Positions 33,938 through 46,987 of a stretch of 64,000 bases of DNA are shown here, one piece after another. This DNA is from Azolla caroliniana. Its lineage: Eukaryota > Plantae > Polypodiophyta. The notes below the pieces were generated by a model, which was given only the letters and a program-made list of their open reading frames with translations, was not told the origin of the DNA and did not search any database. Position 1 is the first letter of the stretch. Each line of letters begins with the position of its first letter. The stretch spans positions 10,354,001 through 10,418,000 of the forward strand of contig JBHGNT010000014.1 in assembly GCA_043228905.1 (NCBI GenBank). The letters run 5' to 3'. Both the position numbers and the translations under genes were made by a program.

Positions 33938-36900
33938 TTAAAGACGACGAGTGGAACGAGTCGGCGCTAACTGCAGACCGGGTTTGTCCGGATACTTTCG
34001 GTGGAAATCAGCAAGAAGATCTTGTGCATTGGCAACATTCTCGACGGGTTCCCAAGTACATTCGCTCGGACTATAACCGAGCCAATCGACCAAGTAATAA
34101 AGTTTGTTGCGAACAAGTTTGGAATCGAGGATGGCAGCAACTTCATACTCCGGGCCGTCGTCCAACTCCAGCGGGGGCGGCGATGGTGTCACACGATCGG
34201 GAATGGTGTTTGCTTTATAAGGTTCAAGAAGAGAACAATGGAAAACCGGATGTATCTGAAGCTGCGGAGGGAGATCCAGGCGGAAGGTGACATCATTAAT
34301 CTTCCCCGTAATACGGAAAGGACCGAGTCGTCGATAATCCAACTTGTCGCACGGTCGAGTAGTCTTGATGTGACGACGTAAGAGCCATACTCGATCTCCG
34401 ATGGCAAAAGAGGAGGGAATCCGATGACGATCCGCATAAGTCTTCTGTGTGTGTTGAGCATGACGAAGGTGAGTAGAGAGATCCATCTGGATCTTGCGTA
34501 GCCTCTCCAAATGGTCCTCGGCACGAGGGTTGGTAGGTAGCTCCGGAGTGTCGATCACCGACCAGCGAGGATGGAAACCGGTATAAGCGAGAAATGGGGA
34601 GACCCGAGTCGAGGAGTGAATAGCATTATTATACGCAAACTCCGCAAAGTGGAGAATCTCGGCCCAATCGTCCTGTTGATAACTCAGGAAACACCGGAGA
34701 TATTGCTCCAACGTTTGATTTGTTCGTTCCGCCTGTCCGTCAGTTTGAGGATGGTAGCCGGAGGAGAGGTTGCAGGAGACCTTGAGCATCCTGAAGAGAT
34801 GCTGCCAAAATTTGGAGACAAATTGCGGGCCTCGGTCACTGATAATACTGTCTGGTAGGCCATGATGCCGAAATACCTCACGCATAACAAGAGCGGCGGT
34901 TTCCTCGCTAGTGATGGCTTTAGTACATGGCACAAAATGTGCCATCTTCGTATATCGATCGACGACGGTTAGGATAGCATCGAACCCCTTCGAGACCGGC
35001 AGATTTGTAATAAAATCAAGACAAATAGACTGCCATGGCTTACTTGGAATTGGTAAAGGTTCCAACAAGCCATATGGATGGTGTCGTGGCATCTTTGCTC
35101 GGCAGCAAGCATCACAGGTCCGAACATAGTCGTCGACAAAACAGCACATGTGGGGCCACCAAAAAGATCGCTGCACTAACTCCAACGTCTTGGTACTACC
35201 GAAATGTCCCGCCGTATGGGTGTCATGACAATGTTGGACGATTTGAAGGCGACCAGAGCAATCGGGGACATATACGCGCTTTTTAAAGAATAACAAACCA
35301 TCATGATATTCGAATTGTCGGTAGTCAATACCTGGTTGTTGAGACTGAGAACAGGATGCCCGAGAAGTATCAATGTGCGCCAGGATGTCTTGAGCAAAAC
35401 TATCCGTCTTCAAGGTTGCACGTATGTCATCGGTAATCCGTGAATCCATCGGGGTGTGAAAAATCCGCGTCGTGTGCAATCGTGTTGGTCCCAAGATTAC
35501 TTGCTTTTGATTATCAAATGTTGCGTCACCAGGACGAGGTGCAAGATATGAACGCCGTGATAGTGCATCTGCTTTTCCTTGCTGCTTCCCCGGTCGATAT
35601 GTGATTTCGAAGTTGAAACGCGTGAGGAATTGCGCCCACCGAGCTTGCCGTCGATTTAGTACGCGAGCGTTCTGAAAATAAGCAAGATTTTTATGATCGC
35701 TAAAGACAATGACCTGATGTGGAGAGCCCTCTAAGAAATGCCGCCATTGTACAAATGAATCCACGATGGCTAATAACTCCTTGTCATGTATTTCGTAGTT
35801 GATTTCTGCGACATTGAATTTGCGCGAATGGAAAGCCACCGGATGCAACTCTTCTTTATCGCCTTGTTGAGAAAGGATGCTACCGAGGGCGAAATCTGAT
35901 GCGTCGGCCTCCATGATGAATGGTTTGCTTGTATCCACATGAGCTAGAATCGGTGCTGATGTAAAGGCTCTCTTAAGATGCCGAAAAGCCATATCTGCTT
36001 CGATGGACCAAAGAAATGCTTGGCCCTTCTTCGTAAGTTGTGTGAGAGGTAAAATAATCTTCGAGTAATCCTGTATAAACTTACGGTAGAAGTTAGCAAA
36101 GCCTAGAAAACATTGTACATCTCGTACCGACCGTGGAATTTGCCACTCTAGTACAGTTTGGATTTTAGCTGGATCCATGGCGATGCCCTTTGAGGAGATG
36201 ACGTAGCCTAGAAATTCCACTTGCTTGCAGTCAAAGCTACATTTCTCTAGCTTGGCATAAAGACCATTCTCGCGGAGTCGCTTTAGTACTAATAGTACAT
36301 GAGAATCGTGCTCTTCCTGGGCTTCGAATAAATCAACAGATCATCCAGATAAATGATCAAACAGATATCCAAGAGGTCTCTGAATATATCATTTGCCATG
36401 TGTTGGAAGACTGCGGGTGCATTGGTTAGGCCAAACGGCATAACAGTATACTCAAAATGCCCATACCGCGTGCGAAAAGCGGTCTTCCACTCATCTCCCG
36501 ATCGGATCCGCACGAGATTATACGCTCCTCGTAGGTCGATTTTAGTAAAAAACTTGGCACCATTAACTCGCTCTAAAAGACTTGATATAAGAGGAAGTGC
36601 ATACCTATTCCGGATGGTGACTTTATTCAATCCGCGGTAATCAACGACAAGACGAAGTGAGCCATCTTTCTTCTTGACAAAGAAGATGGGTGCACCGGCC
36701 GGAGATTTCGAATGATGGATGAACCCGCTTGCCAAGTTCTCCTCTATGTAGGCTCGAAGGACTTCTAACTCGGTGGGTGACAAGTTGTAAATTGGTCCCC
36801 ATGGTGGCTCGGTTCCTGGTTGTAAATCGATGGGACAGTCATAGGGACGGTGATGAGGAAGGGTACCGGCTTTTACCTTGTCAAATACATCGGCATAAGG

Positions 36901-37518
36901 ATGATATTTTGCCGGAAGTTGTATTGAGGAGTCCTTCTTAATAGTGCTAGAAGGATGTACTGATATGGCAAATAGGAACATTGCCTCCTTGGGTCCTTCT
37001 TCGCGTAGTTGATGGAGTGAAATGGTCGAAACTCGGTGAGTTGATTCTTGGGGTGGTCGATATCAGACTTCTCTTGTTCTCCAATCTATGGCTGGATTAT
37101 GTAATTCAAGCCAAGGTAATCCTAGGACAATGGGATGCTCTGGACTACTAATTATATTAAATGATATTATACACACAAAACTACCTAGGACAACTTGAAT
37201 GGGTTCTGATTCTTCTACAATATTCCCGGAAGCAATGGGACGACCATCAATGACCACTACAGATGCGGGACAAGGAAGTTTTCTTAAGGATATCTGAGAA
37301 GCTTGGGCAAAATTTCGATCCATGAAACAGGAATTAGCTCCGGAATCTAAAAGTGCTAGGACGGGTACTGGGGGAGTACTTTTAGTACTAACAATGACTT
37401 GGGCTAGGAACACATTGCTAACTTGCTTGGAAGGAATGGAACCACTAATGGGCTGTACAGATCTAGGGCTGCTGTCCAACCAAATGGCTCCTATTTTGGC
37501 TGGACTCAATCGTTTAAC
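33938..37518 (-). pseudogene. pol: Pol (PR-RT-RH-INT-chromodomain) with one nonsense (37063-37065) and a 1-bp frameshift near 36320
   Basis: [52 protein letters not shown]. The PR and RT ORFs are in frame across one TGA. Confidence 0.92.
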
Positions 37519-38663
37519 TCTTCATCTAATTGACTAAGGATTTCAAATTTATTTGAGATACTTGGGCTATTAGTACTATGAATACTATCTGACACTCTAT
37601 TAGTACTATTAATACTATCAGACACTCCAAAGGGAAGAATTGACTCGGGTTTAGTACAGGCGACGATTTGATTTACCTGTCTTCTTGGCCTATGGGGACA
37701 ATTGATGGCGATATGTCCTGGTCCACCGCAATAAAGACATAATCGATTGGCACGTCGTCGTTGCTTTTCTTCTTCCAATAACGGGCCGCGTCGACGCATG
37801 GTATCGATCTCCATCGGTGTCGAAGTATTTGCTTGAGGTGTGTCTCGTGCAAACGGTTTAGCCGCGACTGCGGCGTAAGTGGGCTCTGGCCTAGAGCGTG
37901 GTATATGTAATTGACGTTCTGAACGCCGTTCAAAAAGGCGGTTGTCACATCGAACTGCTCGACTGATTGCCTCCGTAAGAGACTTTGGTTCTTCGGGGAA
38001 AGTTAGAAGTAGATCTTTGACATCGTTTCGCAAGCCATAGCGAAACTGCTCCATTAGTGCTTGATCATCCCAGGGTATATCTGAAGCAAGTAGGCGGAAA
38101 TCCGCCGCGTAGGCAGAGGCTGGACGATCGCCTTGACGCAATCGCCGGATCTTGTTGATCGTCGTCCTGATGCTGTCGGTGTCTCCAAAGCAGGCTTTAA
38201 ACTCACCAATAAAATCTTCAAAGTTATTAAGTAAGGGTGATTGTTTTTCTAGAAGCGGAGCAAACCATGCCAAGGCTGAGCCGCTAAGTAGCGTGCCTAT
38301 TAGGCCGACTCGAGATGCATCAGTGGGATATCGGGAAGGATGCATCTGGATGACTAAGCGTACCTGATTAAGGAATCCCCGGAATTGCGAACGCGTTCCA
38401 TCAAATTTCACAGGAAGTCCAATCTTGGGCTCTTTATGAAATCCTTGGGGACTGGATCCTTGTTGTTGCAACGCTGCTTCGAGTTGTTGTACCCGTAACG
38501 CTAACTCCCCATGTTGTTGTTGCGTTTGTTGTTTTTCTAGAGCGATTTGTTGCAGATCCCCTATCAGCCGTTGGTTTTCTTGTTCCAGGGCAACAAACTT
38601 TTCTTTTAGGCACTGTAGCTCAGAGAAAACGGATTGGTATTCTTGGGCGCTAACAGTAGCCAT
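37506..38663 (-). CDS. gag: Gag (coiled-coil N-term, Ty3/PEG10-like capsid, CCHC knuckle)
   Basis: EPKIGLPVKFDG..RGFL, LRQG, FRYGL, CLYCGGPGHIAINC. Confidence 0.93.
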   Translation of the reverse strand: MATVSAQEYQSVFSELQCLKEKFVALEQENQRLIGDLQQIALEKQQTQQQHGELALRVQQLEAALQQQGSSPQGFHKEPKIGLPVKFDGTRSQFRGFLNQVRLVIQMHPSRYPTDASRVGLIGTLLSGSALAWFAPLLEKQSPLLNNFEDFIGEFKACFGDTDSIRTTINKIRRLRQGDRPASAYAADFRLLASDIPWDDQALMEQFRYGLRNDVKDLLLTFPEEPKSLTEAISRAVRCDNRLFERRSERQLHIPRSRPEPTYAAVAAKPFARDTPQANTSTPMEIDTMRRRGPLLEEEKQRRRANRLCLYCGGPGHIAINCPHRPRRQVNQIVACTKPESILPFGVSDSINSTNRVSDSIHSTNSPSISNKFEILSQLDEELND

Positions 38664-40887
38664 AGTATAGGGAAAAGGGTAGGAGGATGAGGGAGAGTGA
38701 CAAGTAGGCTAGAGGAAAAATTGGTTCAAACTGTCAGGAATAGTACTAAAACAGAGATGGAATTAGTACTAAGAACAGCAGTACTATTAGTACTAAGAGG
38801 ACGGGACTGCGTAAGATTCCCAAGAGAGGAAGTGAGAAGAGGAGAAAGAGAGAGATAGCGAGAATGAGAGAGATGATGACAGCAGATATATATTATGTGA
38901 AAAGATAAGTACAAGCAGCTAAGAGGCTTAAGACTGGCGTTGAACCAATTTGGTTCAAAACAATGCCTTGTGCCTCCTTTTATAGTGTTTTTAGGAATAA
39001 TCTTGAAGCTTCTAGAATGTTCCAGAGAGATCTGGAATATACATCAATTTTCTATGATAAAGTATAAATGAAAATAATATCCTACAAAATACAATTCCTA
39101 ATCTAATGGTAAGAGCTCGACCCATGTAGCATAAAGTCATGGGTTCGAGTCTTGCCATGACACCAACCTGTAGTTTTTTCGACTTCGGCTTTGAATGTCT
39201 GGAAGTGCCTGAACACTTCACACTTCTGCTTCATCAGATAGATCCAGGTGTTCCTGGAGAAGTCATTGATGAACGTGACATAGTATCAGCATCCGCCGAA
39301 TGTTGTTGTCTAGGCTGGTCCCCACACATCTGAATGTATGACATCCAGGATTTCTTTGCTCACATTCCGCTCTTTAGGGAATGGGTGACGACATTGCTTT
39401 CCAAACTGACACGCTTCGCATACGCCTGTAATCTCCTTCGCCGTAAAGTTCGGGAGTCCGATTATGACTCCTTTCAATTGCATGTTCTGGAGCTTTTGGA
39501 GATTGGTGTGGCCGATTCTCTTGTGCCACAGTTTCAAGTCGGTTTCGACTTTCTAGCCCTTTGCAAACATGGCCGACTTTACCTCGCTCAATTCGAGGAT
39601 GAACATACGGCCTTCACGACGGCCGTGAGCTATGACTTTATCTCCTTTTTCGATGAAGCACCCATCGTTATTGACGCGTACTTGCATTCCTTGTTCGACA
39701 ATCTGGCCAACCGAGACCAGGTTTTTCGTAATAGTGGGGACATGCAGCATGTTCTTGAGGTAGGTTTGTTTGTCGTCATTTCCGAATGGGACGTTCCCGA
39801 TATGCTGTATTGGGTGAGTCGTGTCATCTCCTGTTTCAACATATCCAGGATGTTCGGGCTTCCGTAGTTCCCGAAACCAATCTTCATGGGACATCATGTG
39901 ATTGGATGCTCTCGAATCGACAAACCATATGTTGTTCGGAGTGGAATCGGTAGTTGACGCAAGTGCGGACATTGAGTGCACTTCATGCTTCATTATGAAC
40001 ATTCTGCCGCGGTCACCGTAGTCGGAGTTCGTGGCATAATTTGTTAGTTGTCAGCCTTGCTCACGCTTCTTCTTCCGACACTCCTCTTCGTAGTGGCCGG
40101 GTTTTCCGCAATACCCGCACTCAACTGGGTTCCTACGGTTGCTTGGTTCGGCGTGATGACTCCCCCTTCCGTCGAACTCTCTGGGGCCGTTTCTGTCCGC
40201 TTGCCATTGGTGGGAGTTACGCTCTTGGTTGTGACGACCTTGGCCGAGTCGACCTCTCCTTCCACGGCTTTGTCCTCTTCCTCCATTGAAGTTTGAAAAT
40301 AGCATTTGTCCGTCATGTGCGTTGTTCCTTTGACGCACGTGATTCTCTTCAACTAGCAACAATGATTGGAGATAAAAAAAAGGAGGGAGGATTCTCTCTC
40401 GCGAGAACGGCCGATCTTATTGAACCAAATCACGGTGCCACGCCATCGAGGAATATCTGCACCATTTCTTCGTCGTCAATGCTAACATTGATCGATCCAA
40501 GGGCATTACACAAATCCTTGACCTTTAAGGTGTAGTTGCCGATTGACATGTCCCTTTGTTGAAGATTGTTCAGCTCTTGTCGAAGTTGGAGCTTTCGTGC
40601 AGCCGTATTGACTGCGAAAATCTTCTTGAGGTTTTCCCACGCCTGCTTCGGCATTTTTGCCTCTCGAATGTAGCCAAGCATATGATCATGAACGCATGAT
40701 GCAAGGCAATACAACACATGGCTTGCAGCCTGCTCCCAAGCGGGATAGTCGGCGTGTGTTGGGTTGGGTTGTGATTCGTGAGCTCTAGTAGCCTTGTCCG
40801 ACAAGGTATTGATGCATCTTGTATTCCCAAGATGCAAAGTTCGTTCTATCGAGCTTCTTGGTAGGAATAACGCTTCCCATTTGAGTA

Positions 40888-41393
40888 TGTTGGGAGACAG
40901 GTCCCTCCGGATGGGAAGGGAGAAGAACAGTGCCGATGAACAAACTCGGCCGAAACCGTATAAGGTGGACCCGGCTACGGAGAGCCGGATGATACAGACC
41001 CGATGAAGACCGGATGAGGAGTACCCGGCTACGGAGAGCCGGATGATACTGACCCGGTGAAGACCGGATAAGGAGTACCCGGTTACAGAGAGCCGAATGA
41101 TACAGACCCGGTGAAGACCAGATGAGGATTACCCGGTTACGGAGATCCAGATGATACAGACCCGGTGAAGACCGGATGAGGAGTACCCGGTTACGGAGAA
41201 CCGGATGGTACAGACCCGGTGAGAACCGGACGAAGAGACATATTCGTAAATATGTTTCTGAGAGCTCATCGAGGCTATATTTGTAAATAGCCTAAAAGTC
41301 ATATTAGTATAAATATGACTTAGGGCAAACTTTTAGTGTTGTTGTTGTCATTCACTTGTTGGTGCAAGAAGAAGTGAGAACGCGTAACTGTGT

Positions 41394-41431
<38 letters not shown>

Positions 41432-44400
41432 GTCGTTGCCTCTGTTGTAACCGCCGCCTGTGGCGAAGATCTGTGAGCACGAGGTCATTGCCTCAGTGAA
41501 CTCACTATTGTACATTCTTACATAGTGACAGTTTGCAGCCAGTGGGCTGCCGTGGTTTTTCCCCTAGTTTGGGGTTTTCCACGTAAACATTCTGTGTCCC
41601 TTTTTTTTTCTCTCCTTTGTGTCGTGTTTGATTTCCCGTTTTTTTGTGCATCATTCTAAGCTCAGTTGTGGCCGAGCGGTGCGCATAAGGAGCGTTGAGT
41701 TCCCGTCAAGTGGTATCAGAGCAAAACGACACAGAAAATGGACGAATCGTTTGGCGGCATGTTCAAGCTCACCGGCTCCAACTATTCAGTGTGGAAGTCG
41801 AAGATGAGGGACATGCTCATGGTTAAAGACCTCTGCCTGCCGGTTCAGTTTGGGGACAAGAGACCGGACAAAATCGACACCGCGATATGGGAGGTGATGC
41901 ACATGAAGACAACGGTGTACATACGGTGCTTCATCGACATGAGCCTGTACAACAACTTCAATGAAGAGAGCAAGGCTCATGAGCTCTGGGAGAAGATCGA
42001 CATTATGTTTCAAAACAAAATAAAAGCTAGTAAGACTCCGGTACCAAGATGGCTCCAGCATGGCGGAGCACATGAATGCCTTCCAGGGGCTGATACACCA
42101 GGCAACGTCATTGGAAGTACCTCTTGCCGACGAGGTACTAGCACTACTCCTGCTCGGTTCCCTCCCGGATAGCTGGGAGACGTTGGTTGTCACTTTGGGC
42201 AACGCCGGGCCGGAAGGAAAGCGGTTATCCCTAGCAAGAGTAAAGTCGAGCTTGCTAGATGAGGAGGCGCGTCGAAAAGATAAAGATACGAGCTCTGACT
42301 CCAAAGCGCTCCTTACCGAATCGGAACGCGGAAGACATAGAAACCGTAGTCCCCAGAACCGGGAGAAGTCGGGGACACGGTCAAAGTCAAGGGGGAGGCC
42401 CACTTGCTTCTATTGCGGCAAGCCGGGACACTTCCAAAAGAACTGTCGGCATTTCCGAAAAGATAAGGAGACCAATGATATTGATTCGAAGCAAACCCCG
42501 GACCGGAACGGTAAAGACCGGAGGGGGCCGGACCGGAAAGGAACGACGGCAATCGCGGCAAGTGAAGAAGAGTTGATGCTCATCACCGAGGAGTGTGAGA
42601 TAAACCTTGCCGGCGACGAGATGACCTGGGTGGTAGACTCTGGAGCATCGTTCCACCTTACCCCGGACCAGAAATGCTTCTCATCCTACTCAGCCGGTGA
42701 TCACGGCTGTGTCCGGATGGGGAACGAAGGTACATGCCGAATTGTCGGCATAGGAGACGTGTGGCTGTCAACACCAACCGGATGCAAGTTGCTGCTAAAG
42801 GATGTCCGACACGTTCCGGAGGTTCGTCTGAACCTGATATCAGCCAGTCGGCTAGATGATGAAGGCTACATGGGTAGCATCCGGAACGGTGTCATGAAGT
42901 TCAGCAAAGGGAACTTGATTGTGGCTCGGGCTCGGAAGGTCAACACATTGTACCTGATGAATGCCCGGTTATATGTCCGGAAGAAGTAAACGTGGCATCC
43001 GACACTGCCGGTGAGTTGTGGCACAAGAGGCTGTGTCATATGAGCGAGAAGGGGATGAAGAGGCTTGCAGACGACAACCTCATTCCAGTGAAGAACGTGC
43101 ACTTAGAGAAGTTCACTGATTGTCTGGCCGGTAAGCAGAACCGGACCTCCTTCCGACCAAGGCCACCGATGAGACGTAATGCACCACTGGAGTTGGTGCA
43201 TATGGATGTGTGTCAAGTAGACACGAAGTCACATGCCGGAGCGCAGTACTTCGTGACGTTCATAGATGACCACAGCCAGAAGTTGTGGGCCACATCGTTG
43301 AAGACGAAGGATCATGTGTTATACGTCTTCAAAGAGCTCCACGCGAGAGTGGAAAGAGAAACCGGCCGGAAGCTGAAGGCGGTTCAAGCAGATAACGGAG
43401 GAGAGTACCGGGGGCAGTTCGAGGAGTACTGCCGCTCGAAGGGAATCCGGCTCGAATTTACCGTGCCGAAGACGCCGAAACTAAACGGACTGGCTGGGAG
43501 GATGAACCGGACCATAATGGAGAGGGTCCGGAGTATGCTAGCGCATGCAACACTACCCAAGAAGTTTTGGGTTGAGGCACTGTCGACGGCGACATATGTG
43601 ATAAATAGATCACCCTCAGTACCCTTGGACGGAGACACGCCACAGAGAGTATGGACCAGTAAGGAAGTATCCTACCGGCATCTAAAGGTGTTCGGGTGTC
43701 TCACGTACGTGCATGTAGCAAAGGACCGGAGAGGAAAGTTAGATCCAAAGACCCGGCCATGCATATTCCTCGGTTACGGTGACGATGAGTTCGGCTACCG
43801 AGTGTGGGACTCGGTCGACAAGAAGGTATTCCGGAGTCGAGATATTTTCTTCATGGAGGACAAGACGCTCGCCGACTGGGAGTCGGAGAAGAAGATAATG
43901 AACTCCGAGTCGACCGGTAAGGATCGACTCTACGATGAGCAGACCCAACCGGCGAGAGACCAGTTAGCACTCGAAGAACCAGTCGGATACGGTGAGGATA
44001 CCGAACCGGCAGAAGAAGAAGTAGAGGAAGTTGAGACCGGAACCGGCCTAGACCCCGAATCGGATTTGGATGAAGAGCAAATGGAGGAGCCAGCTACCGA
44101 AGCCCAAAGACGGAGATATCCTCTCAGAGAGAGAAGGCCCCCCCGGAGATTTCCGGATGCAGAGCATGTTCTGCTGACTGATGAGGGGGAGCCGAAAAGC
44201 TTCAAAGAAGCGAAGGATGACACCCACAGCCAAAAATGGTTAAGTGCCATGCAGGACGAGATGGATTCCCTGCATGAGAACCATATGTACGAATTGGTGG
44301 AGTTGCCGAAAGGAAAGCGGGCACTCTGAAACAAGTGGGTGTACAAGTTGAAACCGGGAGATGTCGGCAACCCCCCGAGATACAAAGCCAGGATCGTGGT

Positions 44401-46221
44401 GAAGGGGTTCCAGCAGAAGAAGGGCGTGGACTTCGACGAGATATTTGCCCCGGTAGTAAAGATGACCTCCATCCGGACGGTGCTGAGTATAGCGGCAAGC
44501 ATGGACCTTGAGGTAGAGCAGCTGGACGTGAAGACAACATTCCTTCACGGCGACCTCAAAGAGGAGATCTACATGCAGCAACCGGAAGGATTTGTGGAGA
44601 AAGGGAAGGAGCACCTGGTATGCCGGTTGAAGAAGAGCCTGTACGAACTGAAGCAGGCACCCCGATAGTGGTACCGAAAGTTCGACTCCTTCATGACCGA
44701 TCAAGGGTACCACAAGACGCAGGCCGATCACTGCGTGTTTGTGAAGAAGTTTGAAGGAGGGGACTTCCTGATACTCCTTCTGTACGTGGATGACATGTTG
44801 ATCGTCGGACGTGACCAAGTCAAAATACGGATGCTGAAGAAGGCTCTCAACCGGACCTTCTCAATGAAAGACTTGGGTCCGGCAAGACAGATGATGGGGA
44901 TGCATATCATTCGGGACCGGTCAAAGAAGCAATTATGGCTGTCACAGGAGAAGTACGTGACAAAGGTGCTTCACCGGTTCAACATGTCAGAAGCGAAACC
45001 AGTCGGATCGACACTTCCGGCAAACTGCAAGCTATCCGGTAAGCAAAGCCCGAAGACGAAAGCAGAGAAGGCGGATATGATGAAGATTCCATATGCTTCT
45101 GCCGTCAGGAGCTTGATGTACGCAATGGTTTGTACCCGACCGGACATAAGATACGCAGTCGGAGTGGTCTGCCGGTTTATGAGCAATCCCGGCAAGGAGC
45201 ATTGGAACGCGGTCAAATGGATACTCCGGTATTTGAAGGGAACTTCAAATATGTGTCTCCGATTCGGCTCCGGAAAACCTCAACTGGACGGTTTCACCGA
45301 TTCGGACATGTCGGCTGATGTGGATACCAGCCAGTCTACATCCGGGTATGTAATGACATATGCAGGGGGAGCTATTTCATGGCAGTCGAGGTTGCAGAAG
45401 ACGGTTGCATTGTCAACCACGGAGGCGGAGTACATGGCGGCTGTGGAAGTCGGCAAGGAAATATTATGGATGAAGGACTTCATCGGAGAGCTCGGTATCC
45501 GGCAAGAGGAATACCGACTCTATTGCGACAGTCCAAGTGTCATCCACCTTGCTAAGAATGTGCCCTACCATTCCCGGACGAAGCATATCCAGCGGAGGTA
45601 TCACTGGATCCGGGAAAGAATAGATGACCAGGAGTTCGCACTGACGAAGATCCACACGGCCGAGAACGGGTCAGATATGCTGACCAAAGTGTTGACACCC
45701 GACAAGCTGAACGCATGCCGGAAGAAGATCGGGCTAGTAAGACACCCCATGCCAGAGTGAAGGGGGAGTTTGTTGGGAGACAGGTCCCTCCGGATGGGAA
45801 GGGAGAAGAACAGTGCTGATGAACAAACTCGGCCGAAACCGTATGAGGTGGACCCGGCTACGGAGAGCCAGATGATACAGACCCGGTGAAGACCGGATGA
45901 GGAGTACCCGGTTATAGAGAGCCGGATGATACAGACCCGGTGAAGACCGGATGAGGAGTACCCGGTTACGGAGAGTCGGATGATACAGACCCGGTGAAGA
46001 CCGGATGAGGAGTACCCGGTTACGAAGAACCGGATGGTACAGACCCGGTGAGAACCGGACGAAGAGACATATTCGTAAATATGTTTCTGAGAGCCCATCG
46101 AGGCTATATTTGTAAATAGCCTAAAAGTCATATTAGTATAAATAGGACTTAGGGCAAACTTTTAGTGTTGTTGTTGTCATTCACTTGTTGGTGCAAGAAG
46201 AAGTGAGAACGCGTAACTGTG

Positions 46222-46258
<37 letters not shown>

Positions 46259-46534
46259 GTCGTTGCCTCTGTTGTAACCGCCGCCTGTGGCGAAGATCTG
46301 TGAGCACGAGGTCGTTGCCTCAGTGAACTCACTATTGTACATTCTTACATAATGACAGTTTGCAGCCAGTGGGCTGCCGTGGTTTTTCCCCTAGTTTGGG
46401 GTTTTCCACGTAAACATTTTGTGTCCCTTTTTTTTCTCTCCTTTGTGTCGTGTTTGATTTCCCGTTTTTCTGTGCATCATTCTAAGCTCGGTTGTGGCCG
46501 AGCGGTGCGCATAAGGAGCGTTGAGTTCCCGTCC
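40888..46534 (+). mobile_element. Full-length Tnt1/Tork-like Ty1/copia element, lightly degenerate
   Basis: LTRs 40888-41708 and 45771-46534, TSD GAGTA, iMet PBS 41711-41722, gag-pol 41738-45760 with a few stops and frameshifts, PPT AGAGTGAAGGGGGAG. Confidence 0.97.
40969..41230. repeat. 54-bp tandem repeat in LTR U3 (4 full units; 3 in the 3' LTR at about 45851-46060)
   Basis: Unit gacccggtgaagaccggatgaggagtacccggttacggagagccggatgataca. Confidence 0.9.
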
Positions 46535-46720
46535 GAGTATTCATGGTGATTTCTTCTATATTGATGGGCCGGTTCTGTTGATGATCGACGTGCAGCACAA
46601 CACAGTTGAATAGGCTTAATCAGGCAACCACACGCTCTGATACCATGTAACGGAATGGGAGTCAAGAGTGATTACAATGCAGCGGAAGAAGATTGAGAGT
46701 GTGTGTGTGTGTGTGAGGCA

Positions 46721-46762
<42 letters not shown>

Positions 46763-46987
46763 CTTAAGGTAGAGATAGAAAAACTGTATATTAACCAAAA
46801 ATACATCAAACAGTAACCAAAAATACATCAAACATAAAACATCCAACAATAATCTAGTTACAATGCGTTGGTTTATATACCAACTAAGCTAGGGCAAGTG
46901 CCCTTTCTACTATTTACAAAACTAGCCCAACATGTCCATGAGCTAGTGTGAAACCTATCTATGGGAAGTTGAGTTCGACTCTCAACA

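Larger units (their letters stand above)
33496..39162 (-). mobile_element. Near-intact Tcn1/Tf1-like chromovirus (Ty3/gypsy)
   Basis: 431-bp LTRs 38732-39162 and 33496-33926 (3 substitutions seen), TSD CCAAC, PPT AAGGGGGAGATAG, gag plus PR-RT-RH-INT-chromodomain, no tRNA-type PBS. Confidence 0.97.
33013..46987 (-). mobile_element. Degenerate Ty1/copia (second family), 3' half deleted; hosts two nested elements
   Basis: 5' LTR 46987-46646 (TGTTGAGAG...TTACA), PBS TGGTATCAGAGC 46645-46634, gag ATG at 46544 resuming at 40882 (KLDRTNFASWEYKMHQY), CGYCGKPGHYEEEC, LWHKRIGH, INT split at 39163/33495. Confidence 0.88.

Noticed and set aside
36289-36330. Programmed frameshift inside chromovirus RT
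   Set aside because: It falls just after the YLDD motif with no slippery heptamer; adding one base restores SKTQEEH, so it is a mutation or sequencing error
40969-41230. Repeat-encoded protein (e.g. minus ORF 45601-46131) or CRISPR-like array
   Set aside because: The ORF is a by-product of a 54-bp (multiple of 3) LTR tandem repeat; no spacers
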